In this document: positions 45,682 through 58,022 of the stretch, one piece after another
How positions within the stretch are numbered: position 1 is the first letter of the stretch
Layout: each line of letters opens with the position of its first letter
NCBI GenBank assembly: GCA_040954595.2
Contig: CM082580.2
Span: forward strand, 13,442,242-13,506,241
Direction: 5' to 3'
Source of the DNA: Balanoglossus misakiensis
Lineage: Eukaryota; Animalia; Hemichordata
DNA: 64,000 nucleotides
The notes under the pieces: generated by a model
What the model was told of the DNA's origin: nothing
Databases searched by the model: none
What the model saw: only the letters and a program-made list of their open reading frames with translations
Program-made: the position numbers and the translations under genes

Positions 45682-48600
45682 TCTCACCCTAATTTTTGCA
45701 CCATAACCATGAGCGGTCTGTGAGGAAAGAATTGGTGAAAATTTGCAGACATAGAAAAGACCTACAGCGCATGGAAAGAGTTTTGTCATCACACATAATG
45801 ACATTGAATCTTGCGTTGTGTTCACCATCTTCAAGGGAGGCAAAAAATTCAATATTCCTACAACCACAGAATGTGGCGGCCATTTTGATATGCAAAAATC
45901 GGAAAGCAAATATGTCGGCCATTTTGAAAAAGCGGGGTATGTGCTTCTCCTTGTTTCAGGTTTTAGTCGATCACATAGGGACACTACATGTACCAGGTGT
46001 CAATATTTATATCCTATTTCTTACCCAGTGACTGTCAAGTCCTTGGTTTTGCCTTCCATCATCTGGTAGGCCAGATTAACTGCGGACAGGTACAGCATCG
46101 AAAAGATGAACACATAGTAGTGAAACACGCTGGGTTGTAACATTGTTATCATGACGTAGACGGCCGAAGACAGTACCACTAAATGCACTACAGACCTGAC
46201 AATAAAACATAACAGTATTAATGATTTCTGCACAAGTTTTCAGATTCTATAATATGCTGAATAACTGTCCGTTACATTTACATCCAGAAATAGCCACACC
46301 AGGCCTACCCACAGAAAAAGTCGATACGTGTACGGCAAATATCATCAAACCTAACGGCTGGCTTTTGAATACAACAAACAATGGAGATGTATTTATAAAC
46401 TTTCATTTTTAGCAAAAACGCCGTTGGGGTGGGGTTTTTTTCTTGGTTGTATTTTGCGTCAGTCGTTCTCACCAAGAATACAGGTGAACTGCCATGTAAA
46501 ATCCGATAAGTGTGACGAACACGTGTCTTATGGTTGTGCTGACCCGGCTTGGATGGAACACGAGCCTGAACAACACAGCTAGTGGTACAGCACACATCTG
46601 GAACAGGACGAATGTGGCCTGAAAAGTGGAAAAAGGGCGTAAAACACCCATAATTACTAATCACAATGGATGCAGTTGTGAAACAACCCGATGGCTTCAC
46701 GCAGAAATAATGGTGTGCATGCCAACGTGATCAATAACAGCTGTGTCTGGCGCTTACAGAATAATATGGATGGTCATTATATGCCATTACATTGCATATT
46801 GTTAACAGAGCGAGACACGTGGGTTATTTTTGGAAAGCACGAAATACGGTTTTATTTCCGAATTGAAACCTCTGCGGCATATAAAAGCAAAACGAAAGAT
46901 CAAAGAGTCTTGACTCGGCCAGAGGCGTCCGGATCGACCGACCATCATGCCAGCAGCAGTTGGGCAGTTACGTGACGTCATCATATAACCACCAACTATG
47001 CGGGTTTCATGTATTGTACTTGCTATCTCAGTGTGTCAACGGTGAAATTGATCATGTGTATCTATTTCGGTATATAGTGCGGAGGAGACCGACATTCACT
47101 CTTAAATATGTAATTTGAATCTCATCACAACACCAAGTCATCGGATCTGTGCAGCGTTCCGCAGCCGGTGACGTCACTACAGGGTCGTCGAGGTCACTCA
47201 GAAAATGCACAAAGCGATGGACCACTCACCCTGTGGCTCGGCAGTCCGGTCATTGTGGCCACTCTATCCACGATCAGAGAAAGTCCTGTAGTCATCTTCA
47301 CCTCTGGCAAATTTTAAAATGAAAGACACTGCAGGGTGTAGACTCACTTGATAAATGATATATTTGTATCTGTAAAAACAATATAAAACAGCGCTTAGGT
47401 GTGCTTACCACGCCCTCCAATAAAGCCCGGGAATAAAGCGCAGCGTATTTTTTCCATGCAGCTGTGGACCCATTTAAATATGTAATTCATAATAATGATA
47501 AATATAGCCAATGAAGTCTATTGACTGACCCGGGCCCCTACTCGTTTCGATTGCAATATACCAGACTTGTTAGCACACCATTATATAAGAATTAATTTGG
47601 TTGACTCGCAACGAATAAAACAAACACCATTGTATATTTGCAAACGGTGTAGTCCCATAAAGTTTAACATAGTAAATTGCCTGCGAATCGGTTAGTATAT
47701 AGCTGTGTCAAAGGTTATCATGCAGAGATGAATAACGTTCATGGCAAGTTGCACATGTACTGTGAGTCTCAATTTTAATACTAAATTCGCATTGATGAAG
47801 CAATTTTCATCCCAAGTTCCCACATCCCTCCTTGTGGCCTTTAATTAAGTATCTATATTAAAAACAAAATAGGAGCTACGTCCTACTTTATGGTGCATTG
47901 CGCAGACGCAGTACATCACAGACAATGATCGACATATGACGGAGACATTACATGTATTAAGCCCTTCTCTCCCATTAAAGGGGAAGAGGAGGTATTCAAG
48001 CCCTCGCCATCTTCGAAATAACCCCATCATTTCATTCAAAAATGTCCCTGTGGCGACATGTCGGTTGTACAACATATCAGCTTACCTTTACGCGTTGCGT
48101 AAAATGTCTTCCTGTTGAACCAGTGAATTTACTATACTATGTTCTCATGTAATATGTTGCACACAGCACGCATTGCTGTGACCCTGCTAAATCCAGTCGA
48201 GTCGCGGTCTTTTCCCTCGACCTAGTCGACGACACACGATTGTCGAATAACAAGGCCGCGTTATTTGAAGCCGTTCTTAGTTGATGCTCTTTGTCGATAA
48301 AATATCGGCTGATTGCTTGCTGTGAAAAGTGAAATTTACATGATTGTCTTAAGGCAAACGGTAGGGGTCCAACGCGTCTGTTCTAGCGAAAATATCGCAT
48401 GATTAACATACAATGAAATGCGTCCTTGGCTAGATTGATCGATACTGTTATTGTCGGTGGCACGTAGGTTCACATAAATCGACTTGATATATTTGTTTAA
48501 TTCACCAGTCATTTGTGAATAAACGGAAAAGGTGGATCACACAGCAGTCCTGCATAGAGTGCGTCTCTCTTGCGCGCGCGCCGCACAGTGTACGCGTCGA

Positions 48601-48699
48601 CGCAATATACCGGCAGCGCCATATTAAATGCATCAGCTCACTTCGCCGATTCCGTCTCATGGAAATGGGAAAATGTCAATTAAACCATGTCGACATGTA

Positions 48700-49574
48700 G
48701 TAATCTTACCTGCTTCTGCGATCTCAGCAAAATTTCCTCCGAAATACGGCATCTACGGACGAGATTATAAATTAAAATGTTGACATCATTGCATTGTCCT
48801 GATCAGCTGCTGTTGTATGTTGTGATGGTTGTTGAACGCTGCATAAATTTGCATTTGCAATTATGATTTCTGGGCGCCGACATCCGTGTATGAAGTTGGT
48901 TTTCTCTGTCCACGTGTACGTCAGATAGTCTCTGTGATCTCGACCAACGTTTACTTTGCGGTCACCGTTCTACTATTTCTGCTAAATAATAACGAATCTC
49001 AAAGAATATATAGAGGAGCGTACATCTTGTTCTCGCCAGCTAATTTCAGCGTGGGATGGAGAATGGAATATTCCCCGAGAAAAAATGTCGTTGTGATGCG
49101 CTCGTTACCAAGTCCAGCGAGGGAATTTTGATTTTGAGTGGTGGTTGGTTTGTTCTTCAGCCTTTTCTTCAAACAAATATAATAAGGATCATTTCAAATT
49201 GTATACATGATTCGTCATATTGACTTTGGTAATTTAATGAGCATGGAGATTTTCATCGGTTTGATAAAAGTTTGATCTGAGAAGCGCTGCCATAGCAACA
49301 GTGAAGGAGACTGAAACGTGAAATAAAGTACTGGGCCTAATGAGATATTTGCGTTTAGCGACATAAACTATGAAGAATGCGAAGGGTCAAAAATAAGGAT
49401 CAGTTTCAAAGAGTTAATGGGGATAACATGACTATCAAAACAGTGCCTAAGAAAAGAATAGTGTTCGTGTTGCATTGTGTTGCTTCCTGGGGGCTTTGTC
49501 AAAAGACAATATTCTTCAGACAGAATCCTTGATCATAAAGCTCAAGTGTGTACCCCGCGGGAGAGTAAAAACTG

Positions 49575-49658
<84 letters not shown>

Positions 49659-50095
49659 CATGCATATGCATGCTCACCCTCATTTTCCATGCTCACACTA
49701 TACTTGACAGAAAAATTAACATATGAATGTGTCAAGGGTCGAACAGTGTACCGTTAGCAGACGAAAAAATGTACGTTATAATAAAATTAAAATATTAATC
49801 GTCTCCCGAGTCACAAATTGAGCATCCCTTCTTTCGATTTCTGTGTAAATATGTAAGTCCTATTGCAACGTTCACCTCGTGTTAAATTGAATATAGGGTA
49901 ATATGGCTAGCAACTGGGTCAACAACGGTGAATGACCGCGACCCACGTGATCAGTTATATTCATCGGGGTCACAAGAACGTAGTCTCAAGAATAGAGGCA
50001 AGCAACCTGACGATTTCACTTCCTGGTCGTAGCCGTAGACACAGCTGACTGTTTGACATTCGTGTAGTTGATGGTATCTCGGTACATGGTAAGGT
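48700..50095. promoter_or_regulatory. Possible shared divergent promoter region of the two MBOAT paralogs
   Basis: Candidate 5'UTR exon donors point outward on opposite strands: minus cag|gtaaga near 48709 and plus atg|gtaagg near 50088. Inference only. Confidence 0.3.
49577..49655. repeat. (TC)n microsatellite, about 39 units
   Basis: Read directly. Confidence 0.97.
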
Positions 50096-52248
50096 TTACT
50101 CTGTGCTCGACCAGTTTCTAGCGTTGAGGACTATAACTTTCTATGGCTTGCTCGGCTTTCAAAGATTGGCGTGGGCTGACACGTTCACGCGTGATGAATC
50201 ATGAAAGCAGCCATCGCACACCCTTTCCCTTCCAGGCAACCAGTGCATGGTAATATACCAAACACTGCAGTAACAGTTGTATAACCTGTTATATTACTGT
50301 GTAGCTGTGAGAGTGTTATGTTCGTCTGTACAGCAGTGCAAACGCCAAGTATTTGCTTGTCATTACAGTACGTCGTGAATATATCATGTATGTGTAATAT
50401 AATGCATGGCCATGGGTTGTCTGGCCCCAGGACCGGACCTCGCATATTACAGCCGGTGGCTATCTGTTAAACCAGATCAGATATTTCTGATTAGTGTTTG
50501 CAGAGAAGAGTTTGAGTCTAAGGACAAGACTGCATCGATGCGATGAGCAGGCGTCTGACGGAGACTGCGCTGTTTAGCCTTGAGCACGGGGGATATGACT
50601 TGTGTCTTGGGCGCTTAAGTTTCAAGCTCGCATATCCTTTCTCGTGCTGTCTTGACGCGTTTTGAAGGCCGTCCGCTTTTCACAGATTCAAACAAACCAT
50701 TGGGAATGTTTTCCTACACTACCCGCCATTTTGACTTCTCTATGCCATACTGTTAACCTCGGTTAATAAATACACCCTCATGTTATTAACAACATTCAGT
50801 ACAGACAGAGTGCACGGGACACACCCATGGTGACCTAGTGGTGGCGATATATTACCTTGTACTTTGATCAAGTTCGACGCAACCTCAAAAGCCAACAGGC
50901 GAATGGGGTTTGCGGTCTCCCGCAAAAAAAGCGAGCAAATATTTTGCGGTGTTTTGACAGACCGCCATGTTTTCTAACAATGAGAAGACTTGGTAACGGG
51001 GTGGCGTGACTGGCATTTCATTGTAAAGCGGGGTTAAATGTCATACAGTGTCACATTCCTTGGATGGTAAATCACGTCCCAGTCACAACCTCGTCCGCTG
51101 TTGTGTGCAGAGATTGAGTGTTAAGTCCCCTAAAACTCGTCGTTATAGAACACGTATGGGATTTGTTTTGCGCGTGAAATGTACTTTAAGACCTTTAGAA
51201 AGTTAATAGGGTGCAGCTGACCTATACCCGGCAGAATTACGAATCGTTTTAATTGGTTGTTTGCTTGGCCTGTGCGTGAAGATGTTGCGCACACCGGCAT
51301 TGTATTCATGAGAAGGTCACCCTGAGGTGACCTGCCCAACAGCACGGTCACTCAACAATTCTCCATGATTTCTACTGTCTGTGCTTAAAGGGACTTTAAC
51401 TTCCAGTTTTGATGGTTATTTGACTATTTTGGTCTGTGCAATAACTACAGTTACTTTTTCTACTCGTGTATAATGCAAAGTAAGCATGGGCGCGGCGGGC
51501 ACATATGGCGGGGAGGGTGGGGATCGAGTTTGGGAAAGGGGTGTGTAGCCCCCCTGGCATAACTCACCAAACCATACTCTTGGAATATATTTTACACGAT
51601 TTCGCGCGAGACTTTGCCGGAGCCTATTCTAGTTCCAGTCAAGACTTCACCTGTATTACTTGGCTAGCAACCCGTTGCTACGGTACTTAACCAAGTCTCG
51701 TGATATCTCGCAATGAGCGAAAATCATTTACAGCACGATTAAACCCACTTTCCATGTGTAAACAAATCAATTCCACAACAACTGAACGGTACGGCTGTGG
51801 ACGTGTTTGTTGTCGACTGCAAAACCCGTTTGGCGACGTGGAGTCAGTTTCTGCCTCGCCAACGACGAGTCTTGTTATCCAAGACATTTTGAATACTTGC
51901 AGTTTGCAGTTCATATCCCCACAAGTGCAATCCAATCAAAGATCATAGACTAGTCTCTATTGGAAGTCGAACAGGTCAAGGCTATTCTCAATCACGTGGT
52001 GCGTGTGTGCTTCAAGTTGTCAGATGAGGTCAATGTCAAGACCGAAAAGAGTACGGTTAAGTGCGGGCTTGTAGAAGCAAACTGTTATGATACCCGAGGT
52101 GAAATTTTGATACTCTTTGCTGTCATGTCGGTAGTCGGTGCTAACAATAATTGACGTTAGGTATTGACTGCTTGATTTTTTTCTCAAATATTTTCGTATC
52201 ATTCAAGGTTGACGTTTTGACATAGGACCGTAGGCTGACTATATCAAC

Positions 52249-55200
52249 ATGGCACCAGGCCTGACTTCACTATTGGTGTGGCTGTCTGAGATTTCTGGAT
52301 TTACGTATTTCGAGGTAAGCCACCCGATGTTCCTTTCATGTTTTACCCAGTTGTCGATTCCAGTTACGTTTGAGAATTTGCAAGTTGTAGGCCTATATAA
52401 AAAATATTGGAACTATTTTCTGTTAGATTTCCTAGGCCCGCAAATGTCACGCACCCCAGATCTAAACTAAACACTACCTGTTGAATGAGTGTCACGACAT
52501 GTCGTTGCCCAGTGTACAAACCATATAGGCCCACGCAAATTGAAGAGGGGTTTACATAATAATACACTGTTCTGTGTACACTACATTGTATGTCGGCACA
52601 GAGAAGGATTTTGTTCAGATGTGAGGGTGGGTGGGGGTACTGCGTAAAATTTGAGCCTGCCTAACATTATAGTGTGGACGCATTACTCGATCGGCCCGGG
52701 GCCCAGTTGCCACCCGACAGTTGATTTTTAAACAAGAGAAGACACGCACACGAAGTCTTAACCCTGTACATTTAGTGTTTTTTTAGCCATGGCCAGATTC
52801 TGAACAATACGTGTATGAACAATCGTGAAATGCTGGTAACCAGAGTAGCATGTAAAAACATGTCTAACCTGGGCGTTAATTCACTGATCAATAATGACAA
52901 TGAGCTGACCCCTAATGCGATAAAAGATACGTCTTAGTTCTCTCTTTATGTGGAAGTTGCAATATAATTGATAAAATTGTGACGTTTGACCATCATACGT
53001 CGGGTATCTGGCAATAACTGCATTTGGTTTGTCGGTTCTCACTCCTGTGCCGCGAAGGCATTATGCTAGTTGTGTTTGCCTGTAACCATGGCAGCGTAGT
53101 TGCACAGAACTAACCGCAAACGTGACGTTAGTAAATGTGGATTGTTGCCAGACAATTTATAGTTAACATTACAATACCGGAAAAATAAACAAAAAACCCG
53201 CACCACGTATATTGTACTGGCAAGTTTGTCCAAGGCCCAGTCTATAGAATCCACTCAATATATCCTTCATATGGGACTTTGTTTGAACTAGCTATTGTTG
53301 TCCTGGTGTTGCGACCCAACGTCTTCTCTTTGTTGACTGTGAAATCTGGTGGACGTTGAAACGCTGTATAGTCGTGGTTATACACTTGCATGTGAATGCC
53401 AGTGGAAGAGCATTTTATACTCTCTTTATATTCTCAATCTACTTGTTCTCAAAATTAATTTTAAATCCTGTTTGCCCTTCAACCTCACCTCTGTAACTGT
53501 CGGTATTGTCCCGTGCAATGGGTGAATGGACTTCGCGCATCCGATATGTACGATATCTTATTATTGTGAGAAATCCAGGGTCGGGATAATAATCGCATTT
53601 TTCAACGATGACGTAATTGCGAGTAAACCCTAAATAATTTTATATAACACATAATCTACGTTATTATCGGTAATCCCCGGTGCGGGCTATATAAAGAACA
53701 GGGCAATAAATTTTAGTGTTCAATTGCACAGTCCTATTAACCTTTCGCTCTTTCCCCCAGATTACGTATCTCTTCTTCCAGGGGGTGTCACTACTATTTG
53801 CAATTTTGTACAAATCTTTGTTTCATCCACATCGTGTTAGCGTCACCACGAGACATGTTGTTGCTATGGTTTACGGACTCTACGTGGGATGTTTCTCGTT
53901 TACTTGGTGAGTATGGGAGTATTAGAATTCAAAGAACGCCATCACCGTCCATCTGTATTCAATCTGTATAAAGATAGTTTTATAAGTCATAATCAAATAA
54001 CAGTACACGCATGATCTTTATAATGGAATATACTCGTTTATTTGTAAAATTTCATGACTATTTTCACCGTTCTCTTTTGTCAGGTCTCTGTTTCATATCA
54101 TTTTGCAATCAACCGTGTGTTACATTGCAATTAGAATGTTTAGTCCAAAATATATCCATAAAATCGTCTTCCTGTTCGCGATGTCATATCTCTCCTTGGA
54201 ACACATCCGTCAACTCCTTGGAAATTTCTCAGAAGACATAGACCACATTGGGTGAGTACCCTTAGAAGCCACGTGCACTGTTCAACGGGCATTGCATTGC
54301 TCATATTTTTCCACGAGCCTTGTTTCCGATGTTTACTTGAGCCCCCCAAAATGGTACTCGTTCGAGTCTCTGACAAGTGTCTAAATTGGCCGTTCGTGTA
54401 AATTTCGTCGTATTACATGTTAAGTCCAATGATGGTAGTTTGTTTGCTTGCTTTCAGTCCAATGATGGTAGTCACTGAGAAAGTTATAAGTTTGGCATTC
54501 GGATTACACGACGGTAAGTCGCTACGTCATGGTTCGAAGCGCTTTTAAACACGCAAACTACTGAAGGAAGTGCGCTAATACGCGTAACCGTGGAAGTAGG
54601 CAAGATCGAAAGTGTATAGAGACATGTGGAGAACATCGTGATCGAAGTTTTGCGTTGTCCCTTTCGTAAATAGTCATTGAGAACATTTTCCTATTACTGG
54701 GATTCATGAAAAATGTGTAGTGAAGTATGACGTAAACTTTTATTTTCCAAAATAGGGCTTACCAGAGATCCTTCCAAATATAACAAGAGACAAAGGGAAT
54801 ATGCAATAAGGTATAGTACTTTTTTGACAGTCACTCGTCTTTGGTAATGGCGTTTGATGACTTCTCGTACAATACTTCCCAGACTCTAAAAGTTACAGAA
54901 GTATTACCTATTTTGTTTATAAAACACCTGTTGTCATGTCAAAGACTTCATATTTTCAATTGCGCGAGATTTTCGAAATAACATTGATGTTTGGATGATG
55001 TGTTTGCTGTTTTACAGGCGTATTCCCACAGTTCTTGAGTACTACAGTTATATATTCCATTTCCAAGCGCTGGCGGTTGGCCCCTTCTCATTCTTTAATC
55101 AATACATAGACTTCGTAGAAGGCAAATATTTGGTGCCATACAAGAAAACAACAAAGGACGGCAAAGAAGTCGTCGTTCACAAAGAACCACCTGTCCTAGT

Positions 55201-57581
55201 AGGTCGATTTAAATACATAATGAAAACGAGGTTATTCATTGGGGTCATGAGTACTTCCGGGTCATTTTCTTTAACATTTGAATTAGTTCAGTGGACGCAG
55301 CGAAACACCGATTTTGGGAGATTCTGTTTCATCTTTACCTATAATCAAAAGGGCGTTTGGTCAAATCCGGTCTTTTCTGCAATCGTATTCTTTCAGTTCG
55401 CTGTTGCCGGGAAGCTTTGTCTTGTAGCTGTCTTTTCGGTTGTGATGGTGACGTTTAGTAAAAGCTATCCGGTGGAAGGTAACCTGGGTGAGTATATTGA
55501 TTATGTACATGACTTTTGAAGCTGAATCTTTCACACCCAAACGTGTGATGATTGCATGTGTGCGGCATATACACTTTCATTGCTTCTGATTACATGTTTT
55601 GTCACCTCAATCATTTGCGTCTTTTTTGTTTTTTGATTGCAGATGAAGAAGTTATTAACGCTCCAATCATGTATCGTACTTTTTACATGGTGTTTTCGAA
55701 AACAGTTGGACAGTTGAAATACTTCTTCGGCTGGATACTTGGTCAGTATATTGCAAGAAAGAAAGCATTGTGAACAAAGAAGTGATGATTGCCATCAAGT
55801 GTTATCATTCACAAGTCGTTGCCCCTAGTAACCCAAGTTCCTTTTCATACCTCGCGCACTCAGCGACCCTTAATGTAAAAACGAAAGTCGTTCCTTGTCG
55901 CTGTCGTGGTCGACTGGTGGTATTTTTGGATGATCGTTTACTTGGAGTCGTATCCAGTAGCACACTACCAACCATTCGCCACTATCAGCAACCGTGTTTG
56001 CAATGTTGTATACCTTTAAGTATCCTCTTGTACTCTTATAATAGGAATATATATGTAACTGAATGTTCTTCTGTCTTGCTCAGCTGATGCTATATGCAAT
56101 GCGTCTGGTTTTGGCTTCAGTGGCTATGACGACAATGGTAATCCTAAGTGGGACCTGGTGACCAACATCGACTTTGTGCCTTTCTTGGTGATTATGACTT
56201 TTTTATGATCTGTTAATAGATTATATTCCCCCCATTGCGAGATACATTGCAATGGATGTCCCCTAAACAGTGAAAACAATGCCGATGATGTGTTTATAAA
56301 GAGAACAATCGCGCATGTGTAGTTCAGACGACCCCCTCCCTTTATTTTTTTTCCGCTTAAAACATTAATGATGTAATTTTGCTTCAGTGGAAATTTACCG
56401 TAGGGCCCGTAGAATGCCAAATGAAGAAATATATATTCTTAGTGAAGGAACTACCATGGAAGGAGACTTTCGACCCTAGACTTTGTCTTGCCTAGATATG
56501 TAGTTGGAAGATTCGTCGACTAAGAGTACGATAGTGTTAGGTAGTGTCTGTTAGGTAGGTAGGTATTAAACGTTAGCAGAATAAGCTTATATTGTAGTTT
56601 CGACGAGAAAGACTTTTCAAAATAGTCAAAATATTGGGTAAAACAGCTGCGGAAGGAAAATAATTAATTTCGGTAAATGTATTTCTATATGTTTATTGTG
56701 TTGCAACTAATGAGCTTTATTCTTAGTTTGAAATATTCCTGTGAAGCTCATATTGTGTTTGATGTTTCCTTCGACAGAAAGCAACCAGTCTAAAAGAAGC
56801 GATTGAAACCTGGCATATTCCGACCAAACACTGGCTCAGATACATCTGCTACGATCGTGTTACAGCTTTTAAACCTGTTTTAACCTTTCTGCTCGCTGCG
56901 ACATGGCACGGGTTCTATCCGGGTTATTACTGGACAATAATGAACGTGTTACTTGTTTTGTTCGCGGTGAGAAAGGTGAGCTAAAAGTGTCGGTATGGAA
57001 AAACCGCTCGTGCATGGTTGGGTGAACATTATCCAAAACGTCGAAAGCCTACTCAATAGAATGTTTTTTTAAACGGTGTCAAAAGACTTGTCATGTCAGA
57101 ATGAACCAATTATTCAATATTTTGTTGCAGGTACGGTACAATTTTCGTCCGTTTTTCATCAAAACAAAAGCCAGGAAGCTGTTCTATGACGTCACGTGCT
57201 GGATAATGCATCGCATCACATTGGAGTATGTTACAATTCCGTTTGTACTCCTCGTCAACCCTCCAATTGTTAAATTTTACAGGTACGTAGGTCTTTGCTA
57301 TTATATATATGTTCCACCATCAACTTTACTTGCCCTTTGACCTTTAACATTCTGACTAGATACCCTGTATCTAATATTACAGCTCCGTATATTTCTGCGG
57401 GCAGATAGCTGCCCTCACATTGATTCTGGCTCTTCCGGGGAAGAAATTTTCCCAAATGAAGAAAGACGACGGGAAAGCTGCGGCACCTGTGAAAAACGGA
57501 GATGTCGATCCCGTCAGCCCTTCTGTACAAAATATGTCTACAGGTCACTTAAAGACGCAAAAACCCTTCAAAGAAGATTGA
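52249..57581 (+). CDS. MBOAT1/2-like lysophospholipid acyltransferase, copy B (apparently intact)
   Basis: Exons approx. 52249-52314, 53761-53907, 54084-54251, 54458-54513, 54756-54810, 55018-55198, 55397-55487, 55643-55741, 56085-56187, 56778-56975, 57131-57282, 57383-57581. Exon organisation matches copy A (both first coding exons are 66 nt). Motifs: PMMVVTEKVISLAFGLHDG, LEYYSYIFHFQALAVGPF, KYFFGWILADAICNASGFGFSG, WLRYICYDR, TWHGFYPGY. Confidence 0.9.
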
Positions 57582-58022
57582 GTTCAGTCGTATTCAATGT
57601 CTTCAAGTGACGGCGCTGTACCGTCTCGTGTTGAGGGTCGGTTCAACTCGGCGGAAGTGGTTACATGGTCTCTGGGGCAGAGAACAGCCAGACTGACGTC
57701 ACTTCCGCCTGTCATGTGCAAGAAACGTGACCATGTGGTATCATTTTTATTGATAATGATCTCTTAGTATTTTTGTAATCAGTAAATGCATTTGTTTGTT
57801 TTTTAATTTTGTGCAAATTCTATTTTAAGTGCAGTAATGCTATTTTTCAAATAAACCACCTTTAAGTTTGTAATACAAGATTCATCCCATGTCTCATCTG
57901 GTGATATTCAATTTTCACCGAGAACCCCTCGTCATCTCCACTAACTACGTAACCAAGGTATAGTTTCCATCTTCCTTGGAAATGACTGTACGAATATATC
58001 GTTATTTCTATGTGGCAACGAT

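Larger units (their letters stand above)
41806..45689. mobile_element. Foldback-type (Mutator-like) non-autonomous DNA transposon, 3884 bp, with long tandem-repeat inverted arms
   Basis: Perfect 9-bp TSD TAATTTTTG at 41797-41805 and 45690-45698. The ends are inverted from ctaaaacgaaggaaaccgaagg inward. The left arm is GAAGGAC-based and the right arm is its complement GTCCTTC. No transposase ORF. Confidence 0.92.
39197..47295 (-). pseudogene. MBOAT1/2-like lysophospholipid acyltransferase, copy A; exon 4 interrupted by a transposon (disrupted allele or young pseudogene)
   Basis: Exons approx. 47295-47230, 46619-46472, 46195-46025, split exon 45717-45690/41796-41769, 41488-41434, 41188-41013, 40812-40722, 40556-40458, 40340-40237, 40086-39885, 39773-39621, 39359-39197. 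Motifs: GPLMVMVQKLSSLAFSLRDG, LEYCSYLFYFQGLAVGPF, YFYVWIWADAVCNISGLGFNG, DNWNILTTLWLRYVCYDR, SVWHGFYPGY. No other lesion was noticed in the exons I translated. Confidence 0.85.

Noticed and set aside
45643-46069. Overlapping 77-113-aa ORFs beside the transposon end as a possible transposase
   Set aside because: They span MBOAT intron and exon sequence mostly outside the TSD and show no DDE or zinc-finger motifs.
49475-49735. ORFs with SL/ER dipeptide runs
   Set aside because: Translation of the (TC)n microsatellite.
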